Shown here: piece by piece, positions 8,883 to 18,377 of the stretch | Layout: each line of letters begins with the position of its first letter | Numbering within the stretch: position 1 is the stretch's first letter | Assembly (NCBI GenBank): GCA_049472355.1 | Contig: JBLIRP010000068.1 | Coordinates: 1 to 20,416, forward strand | Length of the DNA: 20,416 nucleotides | Direction: 5' to 3' | From: a bacterium | GTDB lineage: Bacteria; SZUA-182; DTGQ01; JAFGSM01 | Notes under the pieces: generated by a model | The model's database searches: none | The model's input: the letters and a program-made list of their open reading frames with translations, nothing else | Told to the model about the DNA's origin: nothing | Program-made: the position numbers and the translations under genes

Positions 8883-9554
8883 ATGTTTACCGGAATAATC
8901 GAGGGCATGGGAAGGGTGGTATCCCTGGTTCCCCGCCATGACGGGGCAAATCTCTCGGTCTCGCTGCCCTTTCCTGAAGGCTCTTTGACGGTCGGACAAA
9001 GCCTGGCAATAAACGGCGTATGCCTTACCATGACCGGCGGCGACGGCGAAGGGGGTGATTTCTTCCTCAGCCGGACCACCCTTGCCGGCACCAATCTGGG
9101 CAGTGTACGGTGCGGGGACAGGGTCAATATGGAGCGGCCGCTTCGGTTCAACCAGTATCTGGGGGGACACCTGGTGACCGGGCACGTGGATGCCACGGCC
9201 ATTATCCGGGAGATCCACGGTCGGGACCTGCGCCTGTCTTTGCCTCGGGAACTGACGGCCTACGTGGTTCCCAAGGGGTCCATAGCGCTTGACGGCATCA
9301 GTCTCACCGTTGCCTCGGTGGAGGGAAATTCCTTCCGGGTAACCATAATACCCCATACCTGGGAGCATACCACGCTCAAGACGCGGCGTCCGGGAGACCG
9401 GATGAACGCGGAGGCGGATATCATCGCAAAGCATGTGGAACGACTGCTGCATCACAAGGGAGACAATCCGGGAAAAGCCACGAAAGAAGGCGTGTCCCGG
9501 GAAAAACTTGTTCTTTCCGGTTTTATAGTCGAGGATTACAAAGGTGAAATTTGA
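8883..9554 (+). CDS. ribE: Riboflavin synthase (alpha chain)
   Basis: Diagnostic N-terminal [48 protein letters not shown]. Confidence 0.97.
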   Translation: MFTGIIEGMGRVVSLVPRHDGANLSVSLPFPEGSLTVGQSLAINGVCLTMTGGDGEGGDFFLSRTTLAGTNLGSVRCGDRVNMERPLRFNQYLGGHLVTGHVDATAIIREIHGRDLRLSLPRELTAYVVPKGSIALDGISLTVASVEGNSFRVTIIPHTWEHTTLKTRRPGDRMNAEADIIAKHVERLLHHKGDNPGKATKEGVSREKLVLSGFIVEDYKGEI

Positions 9555-10743
9555 CAGCATTCCAGAAGCCATTGATGCAATCCGAAATGGCGAGATGGTC
9601 ATCGTGGTCGATGACGAAGACAGGGAAAACGAGGGGGACCTCACCATAGCCGCAGGCAAGGCGACCCCCGATGCAATAAACTTCATGGCAAAACATGGAA
9701 AGGGGCTTATATGCCTTCCCATGGAGGGAGAACGCCTCGATGAGCTTCAGCTCCCTCTCATGGTCCGGGAGAACACCTCCCGTTTCGAAACCGCTTTCAC
9801 CGTGTCAATAGACGCGGTGAAGGGAACCACCACCGGCATCTCCGCCGCTGACCGGGCACAGACCATACACGTGGCCATCGATCCGGAGACACGGCCCCAT
9901 GATCTTGCCAAACCCGGACACGTCTTTCCCCTGCGCGCAAAAAAGGGGGGCGTGCTCAACCGGGCCGGCCAGACCGAAGCGGCCGTTGATCTGGCCAGAA
10001 TGGCAGGCCTGTACCCCGCAGGGGTCATCTGCGAGGTCATGAAGGACGATGGGACCATGGCCCGGGTCCCGGATCTCATCCCCTTTGCCAGGGCCCATAC
10101 CATGAAGATCATCACCATCAAGGATCTCATCGAATACCGGCTGAAAACGGAGAAGATGGTCTCTCGCAGGGCCGCCTTCTGTTTACCCACAAAATACGGT
10201 GAGTTCAAGGCAATTGCCTATCTGAGCCTGATTGACCAGGAGACCCATGTCGCCATGGTGAAGGGGGAATGGGGCGAGGACGAACCGATCCTGGTGAGGG
10301 TCCACTCCTCCTGCCTGACCGGGGATGCATTCGGGTCCCTCCGCTGTGACTGCGGCGAACAGCTTCACCACGCCATGGCCATGGTAAGCGATGCAGGCAA
10401 GGGGGTGATACTCTATATGAACCAGGAGGGCCGGGGCATCGGCATTCTTCACAAATTAATGGCATACGAGCTTCAGGACAACGGAAAGGATACGGTGGAG
10501 GCCAACGAGGCCCTGGGGTTCGACGCCGATCTTCGCGAGTACGGAATCGGGGCGCAGATCCTCGCCGACTTGGGGGTGAAAAAGATCCGCCTCTTGACCA
10601 ACAATCCGAAAAAGATCGTCGGCCTGCAGGGATACGGCATGGAGGTGGTCGAACGGGTGCCCATCATGATCCCGCCCTGCCATACCAATATCCACTATCT
10701 TAAGACCAAAAAGGAGAAGATGGGCCACCTGTTGACCCTGTAA
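9544..10743 (+). CDS. ribBA: Bifunctional 3,4-dihydroxy-2-butanone-4-phosphate synthase / GTP cyclohydrolase II
   Basis: [45 protein letters not shown]; then [31 protein letters not shown] and KMGHLL. GTG start. Confidence 0.97.
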   Translation: MKFDSIPEAIDAIRNGEMVIVVDDEDRENEGDLTIAAGKATPDAINFMAKHGKGLICLPMEGERLDELQLPLMVRENTSRFETAFTVSIDAVKGTTTGISAADRAQTIHVAIDPETRPHDLAKPGHVFPLRAKKGGVLNRAGQTEAAVDLARMAGLYPAGVICEVMKDDGTMARVPDLIPFARAHTMKIITIKDLIEYRLKTEKMVSRRAAFCLPTKYGEFKAIAYLSLIDQETHVAMVKGEWGEDEPILVRVHSSCLTGDAFGSLRCDCGEQLHHAMAMVSDAGKGVILYMNQEGRGIGILHKLMAYELQDNGKDTVEANEALGFDADLREYGIGAQILADLGVKKIRLLTNNPKKIVGLQGYGMEVVERVPIMIPPCHTNIHYLKTKKEKMGHLLTL

Positions 10744-10770
10744 TGCACGTTTGTGAAAAGGAGAGAGGTT

Positions 10771-11247
10771 ATGCCCGATGTCATACAAGGTGACTTCAAT
10801 GCGCACGGCATCCGTTTCGGTATTGTGGTAAGCCGTTTCAACGACTTTATCACCGGCCGGATGCTGGCCGGCGCCCTGGACGCATTAAGCCGGCACGGCG
10901 GGGAGGAGAAGCACATTCAGATCGTGAAGGTGCCCGGCTCCTTTGAAATTCCTTATGCAGCCTCACGCATGGCCCGCCTGAAGAGGTACGATGCCATTAT
11001 ATGCCTGGGGGCTGTCATCCGCGGGGACACCCCCCATTTCGAATATATCAGCGCCGAGGTGACCAAGGGCATCGCAAAGATCGCCATGGAAACGGATATT
11101 CCGGTCATCTATGGGGTCATCACCACGGAGAACATCGAACAGGCGATTGAACGGGCAGGGACCAAGGCGGGAAACAAGGGATGGGATGCCGCAATGGCCG
11201 CCATGGAGATGGTCGATCTGTATAAAAAGCTCGGGGGAGAGGCCTGA
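10771..11247 (+). CDS. ribH: 6,7-dimethyl-8-ribityllumazine synthase
   Basis: [51 protein letters not shown] 10771 follows SD GAGAGG. Confidence 0.97.
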   Translation: MPDVIQGDFNAHGIRFGIVVSRFNDFITGRMLAGALDALSRHGGEEKHIQIVKVPGSFEIPYAASRMARLKRYDAIICLGAVIRGDTPHFEYISAEVTKGIAKIAMETDIPVIYGVITTENIEQAIERAGTKAGNKGWDAAMAAMEMVDLYKKLGGEA

Positions 11248-11264
11248 TTTGGTCTTAGAATCGC

Positions 11265-11723
11265 ATGGGCAAGAGACGCAAGGCTCGTGAATTCGCACTG
11301 CAGGTGCTCTTTCAGCAGGACATCACCCGTGACAACTGGGAGGAAAGCCTGAACCTGTTCTGGGAAATCACCCCTGCGGACCCGGAGGTCATCGAATTCA
11401 CCACCACACTGGTGAAGGGAACGATCGAGCATCTGCATGAAATCGACGACCTGATACGACGATTCGCTCAAAACTGGGACATCAACCGCATGGCCATAGT
11501 GGACCGGAATCTTCTGCGATTCTCTATCTATGAGCTCCTTTATTTTGAGGGTATCCCGCCGAAGGTCACCATCAACGAGGCAATCGAGCTGGCCAAGATC
11601 TTCGGCACAAAGGATTCGGGCCGCTTTATCAACGGCATTCTGGACAGGATATGCAAGGAAATGAACATCAAGGAGGACAAAGAGGCACAGGCACACCATG
11701 ACATTAACCTTGAGCACCCATAG
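11265..11723 (+). CDS. nusB: Transcription antitermination factor NusB
   Basis: [43 protein letters not shown] and FINGILD. Canonical ribH-nusB adjacency. Confidence 0.97.
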   Translation: MGKRRKAREFALQVLFQQDITRDNWEESLNLFWEITPADPEVIEFTTTLVKGTIEHLHEIDDLIRRFAQNWDINRMAIVDRNLLRFSIYELLYFEGIPPKVTINEAIELAKIFGTKDSGRFINGILDRICKEMNIKEDKEAQAHHDINLEHP

Positions 11724-12216
11724 ACCGGCGCATACCTATTCCGGGCAGGTACTGGTCGCCTATATATTTTCCAACAGCAGGCCGCCGAAGGGCATTGCTG
11801 GATACGTGGATTGGATCCTGGATGGTCAGATCTCGGACCTCATCCTGAACGAGAAGGTGAAGGGCGGCTTCTGCGAATCGCTGCTGGTGGTTACCGGGAC
11901 CAAGATAAAGGCCCATTTTCTCCTCATCATCGGCGCAGGTAACTTGAAAAAGCTTGCCCCGGGCATGATCAGGGAACTCGGGCGCTATACCACAAGCGTG
12001 CTGGAGGGCCTGAATGTCCCCCATTTCGGTCTCTATCCTCACGACCTGTTCCTGCCGCACCTGGATTCCTATGATATACTCGACGAGCTCCTGTCGGGAT
12101 TGAAGTCGTCCCGTCGGGAGGGCGTACAGATCACCATCCTGTCAAGCACCCAGAAGCAGGAGGACACCATCTTAACATGGCTCACGGATAAGGCATATAT
12201 TCTCAAGACCGCATAG
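11698..12216 (+). CDS. Stand-alone leucyl aminopeptidase (M17) N-terminal-domain-like protein
   Basis: 172 aa with [22 protein letters not shown]...GGFCESLLV...FLLIIGAG, resembling the Peptidase_M17_N pattern. No catalytic domain. Overlaps the nusB end. Confidence 0.7.
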   Translation: MTLTLSTHRPAHTYSGQVLVAYIFSNSRPPKGIAGYVDWILDGQISDLILNEKVKGGFCESLLVVTGTKIKAHFLLIIGAGNLKKLAPGMIRELGRYTTSVLEGLNVPHFGLYPHDLFLPHLDSYDILDELLSGLKSSRREGVQITILSSTQKQEDTILTWLTDKAYILKTA

Positions 12217-12376
12217 CGTCGAGCATGAAACGTGATGCTCAACATAGTTCCCCCTTCCCGCAGGATGTCGACCATTTATTATGGCACCGATGGCACCCCC
12301 TCCCCCATGGTCTTACCCTCGGAAAATGCCCTATCCTGCGGGCGAACATACGATCATAACGCATATTCACCCTGTC

Positions 12377-13108
12377 ATGAAACATATTCTGTTTTCGGAT
12401 ATACATGGAAATCTCGAGGCATTGCACGCCGCGCTCGGGTTTATGGAAAACCTTCCCGACGCCCGTATCTATTCACTCGGGGATATCGTGGGTTACGGGG
12501 CGAATCCCAAGGAGTGCCTTAAGGAGGTGCAAAGGATCGCCCATGAGTCCCTGGCGGGAAATCACGATCATGCCGCAGTGGGATTGACCAGCATCGAATA
12601 CTTCAATACCTTTGCCAGGCAAGCGGTTATGTGGACCGCCGATGCCCTTGATGAGAATGATCGGGCGTACATCGCGGGCCTTCCCCTCTCTGCGAGCATA
12701 GCGGATACGATGTTCCTCGTCCATGCAACACCGATCCTTCCGGGGGCGTGGCACTATATCATGAGCATGGATGACGCCAGGGAAAACCTCACGGCCTTCG
12801 ACGAGCCGGTTTGTTTTCTCGGGCATTCACACTCACCCATAGGGATCGGCATAGGGCCCGAGGGCGCCATCACGGTTCACGAGGAGACCCCCCTCTACCT
12901 CAAAAAGGGCCACCGCTATATCATCAATGTGGGGAGCATAGGCCAGCCCAGGGATGGTGATTGGCGGGCCTGTCTGGTGGTGTATGATGACGAAACGCGT
13001 TGCGTGGAATTTATTCGCCTGGAATACGACTGTGCCGGTGCCCAGGAAAAGATACTCCGGGCGGGACTGCCCGAATTCCTTGCACAGAGGCTTCAGTACG
13101 GACGGTAG
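12377..13108 (+). CDS. Metallophosphoesterase (calcineurin-like, Metallophos_2 family)
   Basis: SDIHGN, LGDIVGYG, GNHD, VHA, GHSH, INVGSIGQPRDGD and LAQRLQYGR. ATG 12377 places the first motif at the N-terminus (the ORF track start is 12281). Confidence 0.92.
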   Translation: MKHILFSDIHGNLEALHAALGFMENLPDARIYSLGDIVGYGANPKECLKEVQRIAHESLAGNHDHAAVGLTSIEYFNTFARQAVMWTADALDENDRAYIAGLPLSASIADTMFLVHATPILPGAWHYIMSMDDARENLTAFDEPVCFLGHSHSPIGIGIGPEGAITVHEETPLYLKKGHRYIINVGSIGQPRDGDWRACLVVYDDETRCVEFIRLEYDCAGAQEKILRAGLPEFLAQRLQYGR

Positions 13109-13110
13109 CA

Positions 13111-13902
13111 TCACCGCGCCTCAGCCTCGCTCAATGCCTGCCGAATGACCCGATCCATTTCCGGGACCTCCCCTGCCGCACCCTTCAGCAGACACATGAA
13201 AAATTCCCTGTTCCCTTTCGGCCCCTTGATCGGGGACGGGATGATCCCCTGCACGGCAATGTCGTGATCATGCGCAAACGCAGCCATCTCCCTGAGCACC
13301 CGTTCATGGAGCATAGGGTCCCGAATCACCCCTCCCTTTCCCACCTCACCCCTTTTAACCTCAAACTGGGGTTTTACCAGGGCGATAATCCGCGTGCCCT
13401 CGGCGAGAAGGGGAAGGAGGCCGGTCAGTACAAGTTTCAGGGAGATAAATGAGCAGTCGATGGTTACGATATCCACCCGGTCGGGAATAAGATCCGGGGT
13501 GACATATCGCGCATTGACCCGCTCCAGGGTTACCACGCGCGGATCATTTCGCAGTCCCCAATCGAGCTGTCCGAAGCCGACATCGAGCGCATAGACCCTT
13601 GCGGCCCCATGCTGCAGGAGGCAATCCGTAAATCCGCCGGTCGACGCGCCCACATCCAGTACGGTGAGCCCGGTGCAATCGATGGCGAAACGCCGGATCG
13701 CCGCCTCGAGTTTCACCCCTCCCCTGCCGACATAGGGGTGGTCAAGGCCCCTGACCTCGATATCTGCACCCTCGGACACCTCATGGCCGGCCTTTTGCAC
13801 ACACCTCCCGTCCACAAAGACCTTTCCTGCCATGATCAATGCCTGGGCGCGCGACCGGCTGGAGGCCATCCCGCGCTCGAACATCAGGCTGTCCAGGCGC
13901 AT
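13111..13902 (-). CDS. tlyA: TlyA family rRNA (cytidine-2'-O)-methyltransferase
   Basis: S4 domain (RLDSLM...SRSRAQALIMAGKV), YVGRGGVKL, LDVGASTGGFTD, DVGFGQL, DCSFISL, LVKPQFE and SPIKGPKGNREF. Confidence 0.95.
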   Translation of the reverse strand: MRLDSLMFERGMASSRSRAQALIMAGKVFVDGRCVQKAGHEVSEGADIEVRGLDHPYVGRGGVKLEAAIRRFAIDCTGLTVLDVGASTGGFTDCLLQHGAARVYALDVGFGQLDWGLRNDPRVVTLERVNARYVTPDLIPDRVDIVTIDCSFISLKLVLTGLLPLLAEGTRIIALVKPQFEVKRGEVGKGGVIRDPMLHERVLREMAAFAHDHDIAVQGIIPSPIKGPKGNREFFMCLLKGAAGEVPEMDRVIRQALSEAEAR

Positions 13903-14855
13903 TATGCCTTTCCTGCGGCAATCTCCTCCCTGATCCCTGCCGCCACCAAGGGGATGAGGAGTTCATGGTGCCCGGTGAGGGAGTATCCCCTCCCCCTGCC
14001 GGCAACCGGACGTTTCACTACGTTCTGAAGGGGACGATACTGCCGGATGAAGTCCATGTCCACGGTAACGTAGTCGTTCAGCGGGATTCCAGCGTTGACG
14101 ATCATGGAAACGGCCTTGAGGAATACCTCCGGGAGTATGACGGCGGAGCCGATATTGAAATATATCCCTCCTGCATCGAGGGTTTGTATGGATGCAACCA
14201 GGCGGTGAAAATCCCTCATGCTCCCCTCGCCGATCAGCGCGCCGTCGGCGCTCGGATGCATGTGGATGATATCGGTCCCTATGGCCACATGCACGGTCAC
14301 CGGTATCCCCATCTCATAGGCGCGTGCCACCAGGCTGTACGCGCGGAATCGAGGGCCGTAACCCGCCAGCCAGCGGCCCACTCCCTCCCCGATGCCCGAG
14401 CCTGCCGCCACCCCATCATTGATCGCCTTGTTCAGCAACTCCCCGGTCTCCGCTGCCATGCCGAATTCCCCCTTGTTCAGGCCCTCTTCCACGTCCTCCG
14501 AGGTCTCTCCGAACAGGGCGATCTCGAAATCATGTATGAGTCCCGCCCCGTTCAGGGCAAGGGTGGTGATGAGTCCCCGCTCCATGAGATCGATCAGTAT
14601 GGGGGAAAGCCCGCACTTTATGACATGCGCGCCCATTGCCCAGATGATCCCCCTCTTCTCCGCATGTGCGCGGGCAACCGCGCCGATGATCGCCCGGAGC
14701 GTTTTTCCTGCAAGGATATTGGGGATATGGTCGAAAAAGGGGGCCATGCGAAGGCCCGGATCCTGCGCACGGGAAAAGTCCTCTATCCGCACCCTGCTCT
14801 TCCGTTCCCGTATCGACCTGGGCCTGATCTTCGGCAGCCCTTCCCGCTCCTCCAT
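13902..14855 (-). CDS. Conserved uncharacterised protein with DHS-like NAD-binding fold (deoxyhypusine synthase / AgrE-ArgZ C-terminal-like)
   Basis: MGAHVIKCGL, NGAGLIHDFE, GETSEDV, FGMAAETG, PVTVHVAIGTDIIH, GSAVILPEVFLKA and GHHELLIPL. Its stop overlaps the tlyA start (TAATG) and its start is 2 nt after the gmhA stop. Confidence 0.75.
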   Translation of the reverse strand: MEEREGLPKIRPRSIRERKSRVRIEDFSRAQDPGLRMAPFFDHIPNILAGKTLRAIIGAVARAHAEKRGIIWAMGAHVIKCGLSPILIDLMERGLITTLALNGAGLIHDFEIALFGETSEDVEEGLNKGEFGMAAETGELLNKAINDGVAAGSGIGEGVGRWLAGYGPRFRAYSLVARAYEMGIPVTVHVAIGTDIIHMHPSADGALIGEGSMRDFHRLVASIQTLDAGGIYFNIGSAVILPEVFLKAVSMIVNAGIPLNDYVTVDMDFIRQYRPLQNVVKRPVAGRGRGYSLTGHHELLIPLVAAGIREEIAAGKA

Positions 14856-14857
14856 GG

Positions 14858-15460
14858 TCAGCGCCCTTCCCTGAAATTCGAAAACATGTGTTCTTCAACC
14901 AATTCGCACAGGATATGGCCGATCATGATATGCGCCTCCTGAATCCTCGGGGTGCTCGCAGAGGGAACGGAAATGACCACGTCAACTGCATCACGCAGGG
15001 ATTCCACGTTCCTCCCCCCGACCAGGGCGATGGTTCCCATTCCCTTATCCCGGGCCTTTTTCAACCCCGCAAGCACATTTCCCGACGATCCGCTGGTGGT
15101 TATGCCGAAGGCGACGTCGCCCTCCGCGCCCAACGCCTCTACCTGGCGGCTGAAGATCATGGTGTAGTCGGAATCATTCGCAATGCAGGTGAGCACGGAG
15201 GTGTCGGTGGTCAGGGCGATGCCGGGGAGGGCCGGCCGGTCGAAAAGAAAGCGATTCACCAGTTCGGCGGCAAGATGCTGGGCATCCGCCGCACTCCCCC
15301 CATTGCCGAAAAAGAGGACCTTGTTCCCCTGCTTGAGTGCCCTGATCAGCATCTCGGCTGCGGCCGCCAGTTGATCCATCGAGCCATCCACGATATCCTG
15401 GTGCACCTTTATGGACTCGCGGACGATCCTGCGCGCTGCATCTATAATGGTATGTTTCAT
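14858..15460 (-). CDS. gmhA: Phosphoheptose (sedoheptulose-7-phosphate) isomerase
   Basis: GNGGSAADAQHLAAEL, ALTTDTS, ANDSDY, FSRQVEALG, TTSGSSGNV and TPRIQEAH. Confidence 0.95.
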   Translation of the reverse strand: MKHTIIDAARRIVRESIKVHQDIVDGSMDQLAAAAEMLIRALKQGNKVLFFGNGGSAADAQHLAAELVNRFLFDRPALPGIALTTDTSVLTCIANDSDYTMIFSRQVEALGAEGDVAFGITTSGSSGNVLAGLKKARDKGMGTIALVGGRNVESLRDAVDVVISVPSASTPRIQEAHIMIGHILCELVEEHMFSNFREGR

Positions 15461-15486
15461 GCCCCGCTCTCCTGTTTCACGATTCC

Positions 15487-16287
15487 CTATGGTTTCAATG
15501 CCCCCAATTCATGAAGAAACCTGATGCTTGTGTCTATCCCCTCGATCCTTTGAATCTCTATGGTGTACGTCGCGTTGATCCCATGTGCGCCGAGGAGTGT
15601 GAAGAATTGTGCAAAGTCGAAGGTCCCGCTCTCCAGGCTGTTGTGATCATCGAGCCTTCCGAAATTGTTGTGAAGATGGAAATGGGCGATATCTCCTGAC
15701 AGGACGTCCAGCCAATCCTTTAGAGAGGACTTAGAGAAGAGATTGAAGTGGCCCACATCGATGCAGGCCTTCAGAAATCCCGAGGATGCCAGGTCCAGCA
15801 GTCCCCTGATGGCCTCGGGCCGGTCATCCCATATGTTTTCCATGACAATGGGGATGCGCCGTTTCTCCGCATCCTCCACCAGCCCGCGAAGCCCCCTTAT
15901 TGCGTTTTCCGGCCATTTCCTCCAGTAACCGGGTTCCGCCACGAACTGATTGTACGTGCTGTGAAACACGATGTATCTCGCATCGAGCTCCGCAGCTATC
16001 CTGAGCCCCTGCCGCAGCCGTTTCTCAGCCACCTCACGGACCAGCGGATCATGCGAGTGGTAGGCAAGATCGTAAAAAGGGCCGTGCATGCCGCAGGTGC
16101 AGCCGTTTTTTTCGAGAATACGCCGGATCCTGCCCACATACGACATCCAATCGCCGTCCAGCAGGGCCGGGGAATGGAAGGTGGGTATCTCAATATTGAT
16201 GTCACCGGGGTGATTCGGACTGAACAGCGAATCACCGGACGGTCCATTCACGATGGACACAAAAAGGTCGTCCCGCGTAATCATCAA
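15487..16287 (-). CDS. Sugar phosphate isomerase/epimerase family (AP endonuclease 2 / xylose-isomerase-like TIM barrel)
   Basis: MHGPFYDL, IVFH, MENIWD, CIDVGHFN, HFHLHNNFG..DDH and TIEI metal-ligand pattern. SD AAAGGA; start is TTG 16287 or ATG 16284. Confidence 0.88.
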   Translation of the reverse strand: MMITRDDLFVSIVNGPSGDSLFSPNHPGDINIEIPTFHSPALLDGDWMSYVGRIRRILEKNGCTCGMHGPFYDLAYHSHDPLVREVAEKRLRQGLRIAAELDARYIVFHSTYNQFVAEPGYWRKWPENAIRGLRGLVEDAEKRRIPIVMENIWDDRPEAIRGLLDLASSGFLKACIDVGHFNLFSKSSLKDWLDVLSGDIAHFHLHNNFGRLDDHNSLESGTFDFAQFFTLLGAHGINATYTIEIQRIEGIDTSIRFLHELGALKP

Positions 16288-16567
16288 TCAGATATCCTTT
16301 CAACCAAGCTTGTCTGGCGCAGCCCAGCGCCGCACCAACCAAACTTCGTCAGGCGAAGTGAAGCTTCGCACTATGCCACTCTCGCGAACATAAAAGGGCC
16401 TACAACCCAGCTCTTTATCTATCTTACTATAATTTCCGGTCAAAAAACATCACTCACGGCCCCCACACACTGAATGCGTGAGTACTGAAAAGCGATCCGT
16501 CTGGGAAGGACTCGAGAATTGAGTAGAAAATTGAATCAGAATGCAAAGAGGCTGCGCAGCCATCAGA

Positions 16568-16662
<95 letters not shown>

Positions 16663-16731
16663 ATCCAAGATAACTCTTTGTATCAAATAGATATGTATCC
16701 GAGTTCTACATACCAGCACGATAATCCACCC

Positions 16732-16957
16732 TGCTGGCTGACCCGGTCGTTACCGATTCGAACCGCTGCAGAAATCTCGATTCACCTCAAGATACCACCG
16801 ATTCACAGCACCTTTATACCAAAAATTCGCCAAGAAGGCAATGGAATTATGCCTGCTTGGCATAACTTATAAGGAAATCGCTGAAGGCTTAAGTATGGAA
16901 ACCATTAAATGGGCATGCAAATTCAAAAAGAATCAAAAATTCATCATAAAGGATTAA
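16732..16957 (+). pseudogene. Frameshifted small helix-turn-helix ORF remnant
   Basis: One frame reads CWLTRSLPIRTAAEISIHLKIPPIHST. The adjacent frame continues LYQKFAKKAMELCLLGITYKEIAEGLSMETIKWACK, with HTH-like G-x-T-x-x-E-I-A-x-x-L. Stop at 16955-16957. Confidence 0.4.
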
Positions 16958-16985
16958 GTCATTATAAAGCATGCTCTATTGTTTT

Positions 16986-18377
16986 TTACGTGTCAAGAGA
17001 CTTTTCTGCAAGAAATAATTTGTCTATTTTGTTGAATTCTAATTCATGGATTGCAGCGGAGGGATTAAATCCCTTTTCAAGGAGCCTCAAAAATTGGGTC
17101 ATTGGAATAAAAACTAACCGTATGTCCCCATCCCTTTCAGGTCCAGCCTGCCAGACGATTCGCCTGAACCGTTCCGATATAACAGCGCGGTCCTCCCTTT
17201 CATCGAAATCCGGAAGAGGGGAAGCAATAAGGGCAGTCGGAGGGGATGAAAGATCGCCCCTTCTTTGCAGGCGTTGCTGGTAAAAAAACAATTGGTAAAA
17301 GTCCTCATTGGATATCTTTCTCTCCGGGTATGGTCCGTCCTTGCTGGCCTTCCAGTATGGTTTGTATTTTGCGTCCATCACACCGAACACCTTTCCGGAC
17401 CTCCAGATTTCCAAATCCGGTCTAACCCTGGCATAGGGACATCCTTGATTGTCTAACAGGGCATTGCGGTCCGGGGCCTGTCGCCTGATGCTAAAGCCCA
17501 CTCTTTCGAGTACATCCGTCATCAGTCTTTCCACAAATCCCTCAAACAGATGGGCCATATCCAGGACGATCCCGAAAACCTCTTGCATACCCTCTTTAAA
17601 AAATGATTCTGGCCTGAGCCCGAAGACAAGCATCTTTGAAAGCCCGTGGGCCACACCATAATGTTCGTTCAGCCGGTTATATCCATGGATGGCCTTATCG
17701 AAATCTGCATGATCTGGAAATATGTCCGATGCAAATTCCCGAAAAGATTGAACATGCTGCAAAGTGCCCCGTTTGACATTCGCACTTTTGGCCAAGGAAG
17801 CTGCACTTTTCAGCCCGGCAAGCACCATCCGGTTATCAAGGTTATTATACGTTAGGCAGTGGTATCGGCACACAATCTCCTTTGCTTTGGAACCCTTCCA
17901 TGGAAAGTTCCTTTCCCAAAGGGGCCTCCCCCGGAGGACATTCAAAGGCTCTACGCGCTTCATGTAGTTTCTGGAAAGCCCGATTCTTAAAACTTCATCC
18001 ACTTCTTTACAGAGAATGGCACAAAGAATATCTTCAAAACCATTCCCCCAGGACAAATCCGAATAAGATCGAAGAAGCTTCTCAGGAACATTCCCGTCAA
18101 GCACGTACCGGATAAGCGTACAAAACTCTTTGGCAGAGGTCCTTGGCAATACCTGCACACGCAAGCCCTTATAAACCATCACCCCGACTTTTGATGAGGC
18201 TTTAAAGGCAAGGTGCCTTCCGCTGAGGTCCGGGATGACTGTCACCAAGGGCTGGAATTTTTCACAGGTCTTCTTGAATTCGCTTTCCGTGCAAAAGGAG
18301 AAATCCTCCCTCAGGAGGCTCACTTCCCCGAACTCCCTAAGGGTGATTGTCTTTTGGACCGATGCCTTGGAATTCAT
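16986..18377 (-). CDS. mcrC: McrC-family restriction endonuclease subunit (modification-dependent, type IV)
   Basis: N-terminal LREF..., VGV...VQVLPR, GLSRNY...LRGR, NNLDNR, RLNEHY, DMAHLFEGFV, PD-(D/E)xK core RPDL...MDAKYK and EDFYQLFFY. ATGA overlap with the upstream McrB stop. Confidence 0.9.
   Translation of the reverse strand: MNSKASVQKTITLREFGEVSLLREDFSFCTESEFKKTCEKFQPLVTVIPDLSGRHLAFKASSKVGVMVYKGLRVQVLPRTSAKEFCTLIRYVLDGNVPEKLLRSYSDLSWGNGFEDILCAILCKEVDEVLRIGLSRNYMKRVEPLNVLRGRPLWERNFPWKGSKAKEIVCRYHCLTYNNLDNRMVLAGLKSAASLAKSANVKRGTLQHVQSFREFASDIFPDHADFDKAIHGYNRLNEHYGVAHGLSKMLVFGLRPESFFKEGMQEVFGIVLDMAHLFEGFVERLMTDVLERVGFSIRRQAPDRNALLDNQGCPYARVRPDLEIWRSGKVFGVMDAKYKPYWKASKDGPYPERKISNEDFYQLFFYQQRLQRRGDLSSPPTALIASPLPDFDEREDRAVISERFRRIVWQAGPERDGDIRLVFIPMTQFLRLLEKGFNPSAAIHELEFNKIDKLFLAEKSLDT

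Noticed and set aside
12282..12306. Two TGGCAC hexamers resembling sigma-54 -24 boxes
   Set aside because: Neither has TTGC/GC at the required -12 spacing.
16550..16561. GGCTGCGCAGCC palindrome just 3' of the tRNA as a terminator
   Set aside because: The stem is only 4-5 bp and the U-tract (TCTTTG) is weak, so it is not supportable as a feature.
16847..16865. TTATGCC-N5-GGCATAA hairpin as the mcrC terminator
   Set aside because: No U-tract in either direction, and it lies within the putative HTH remnant.
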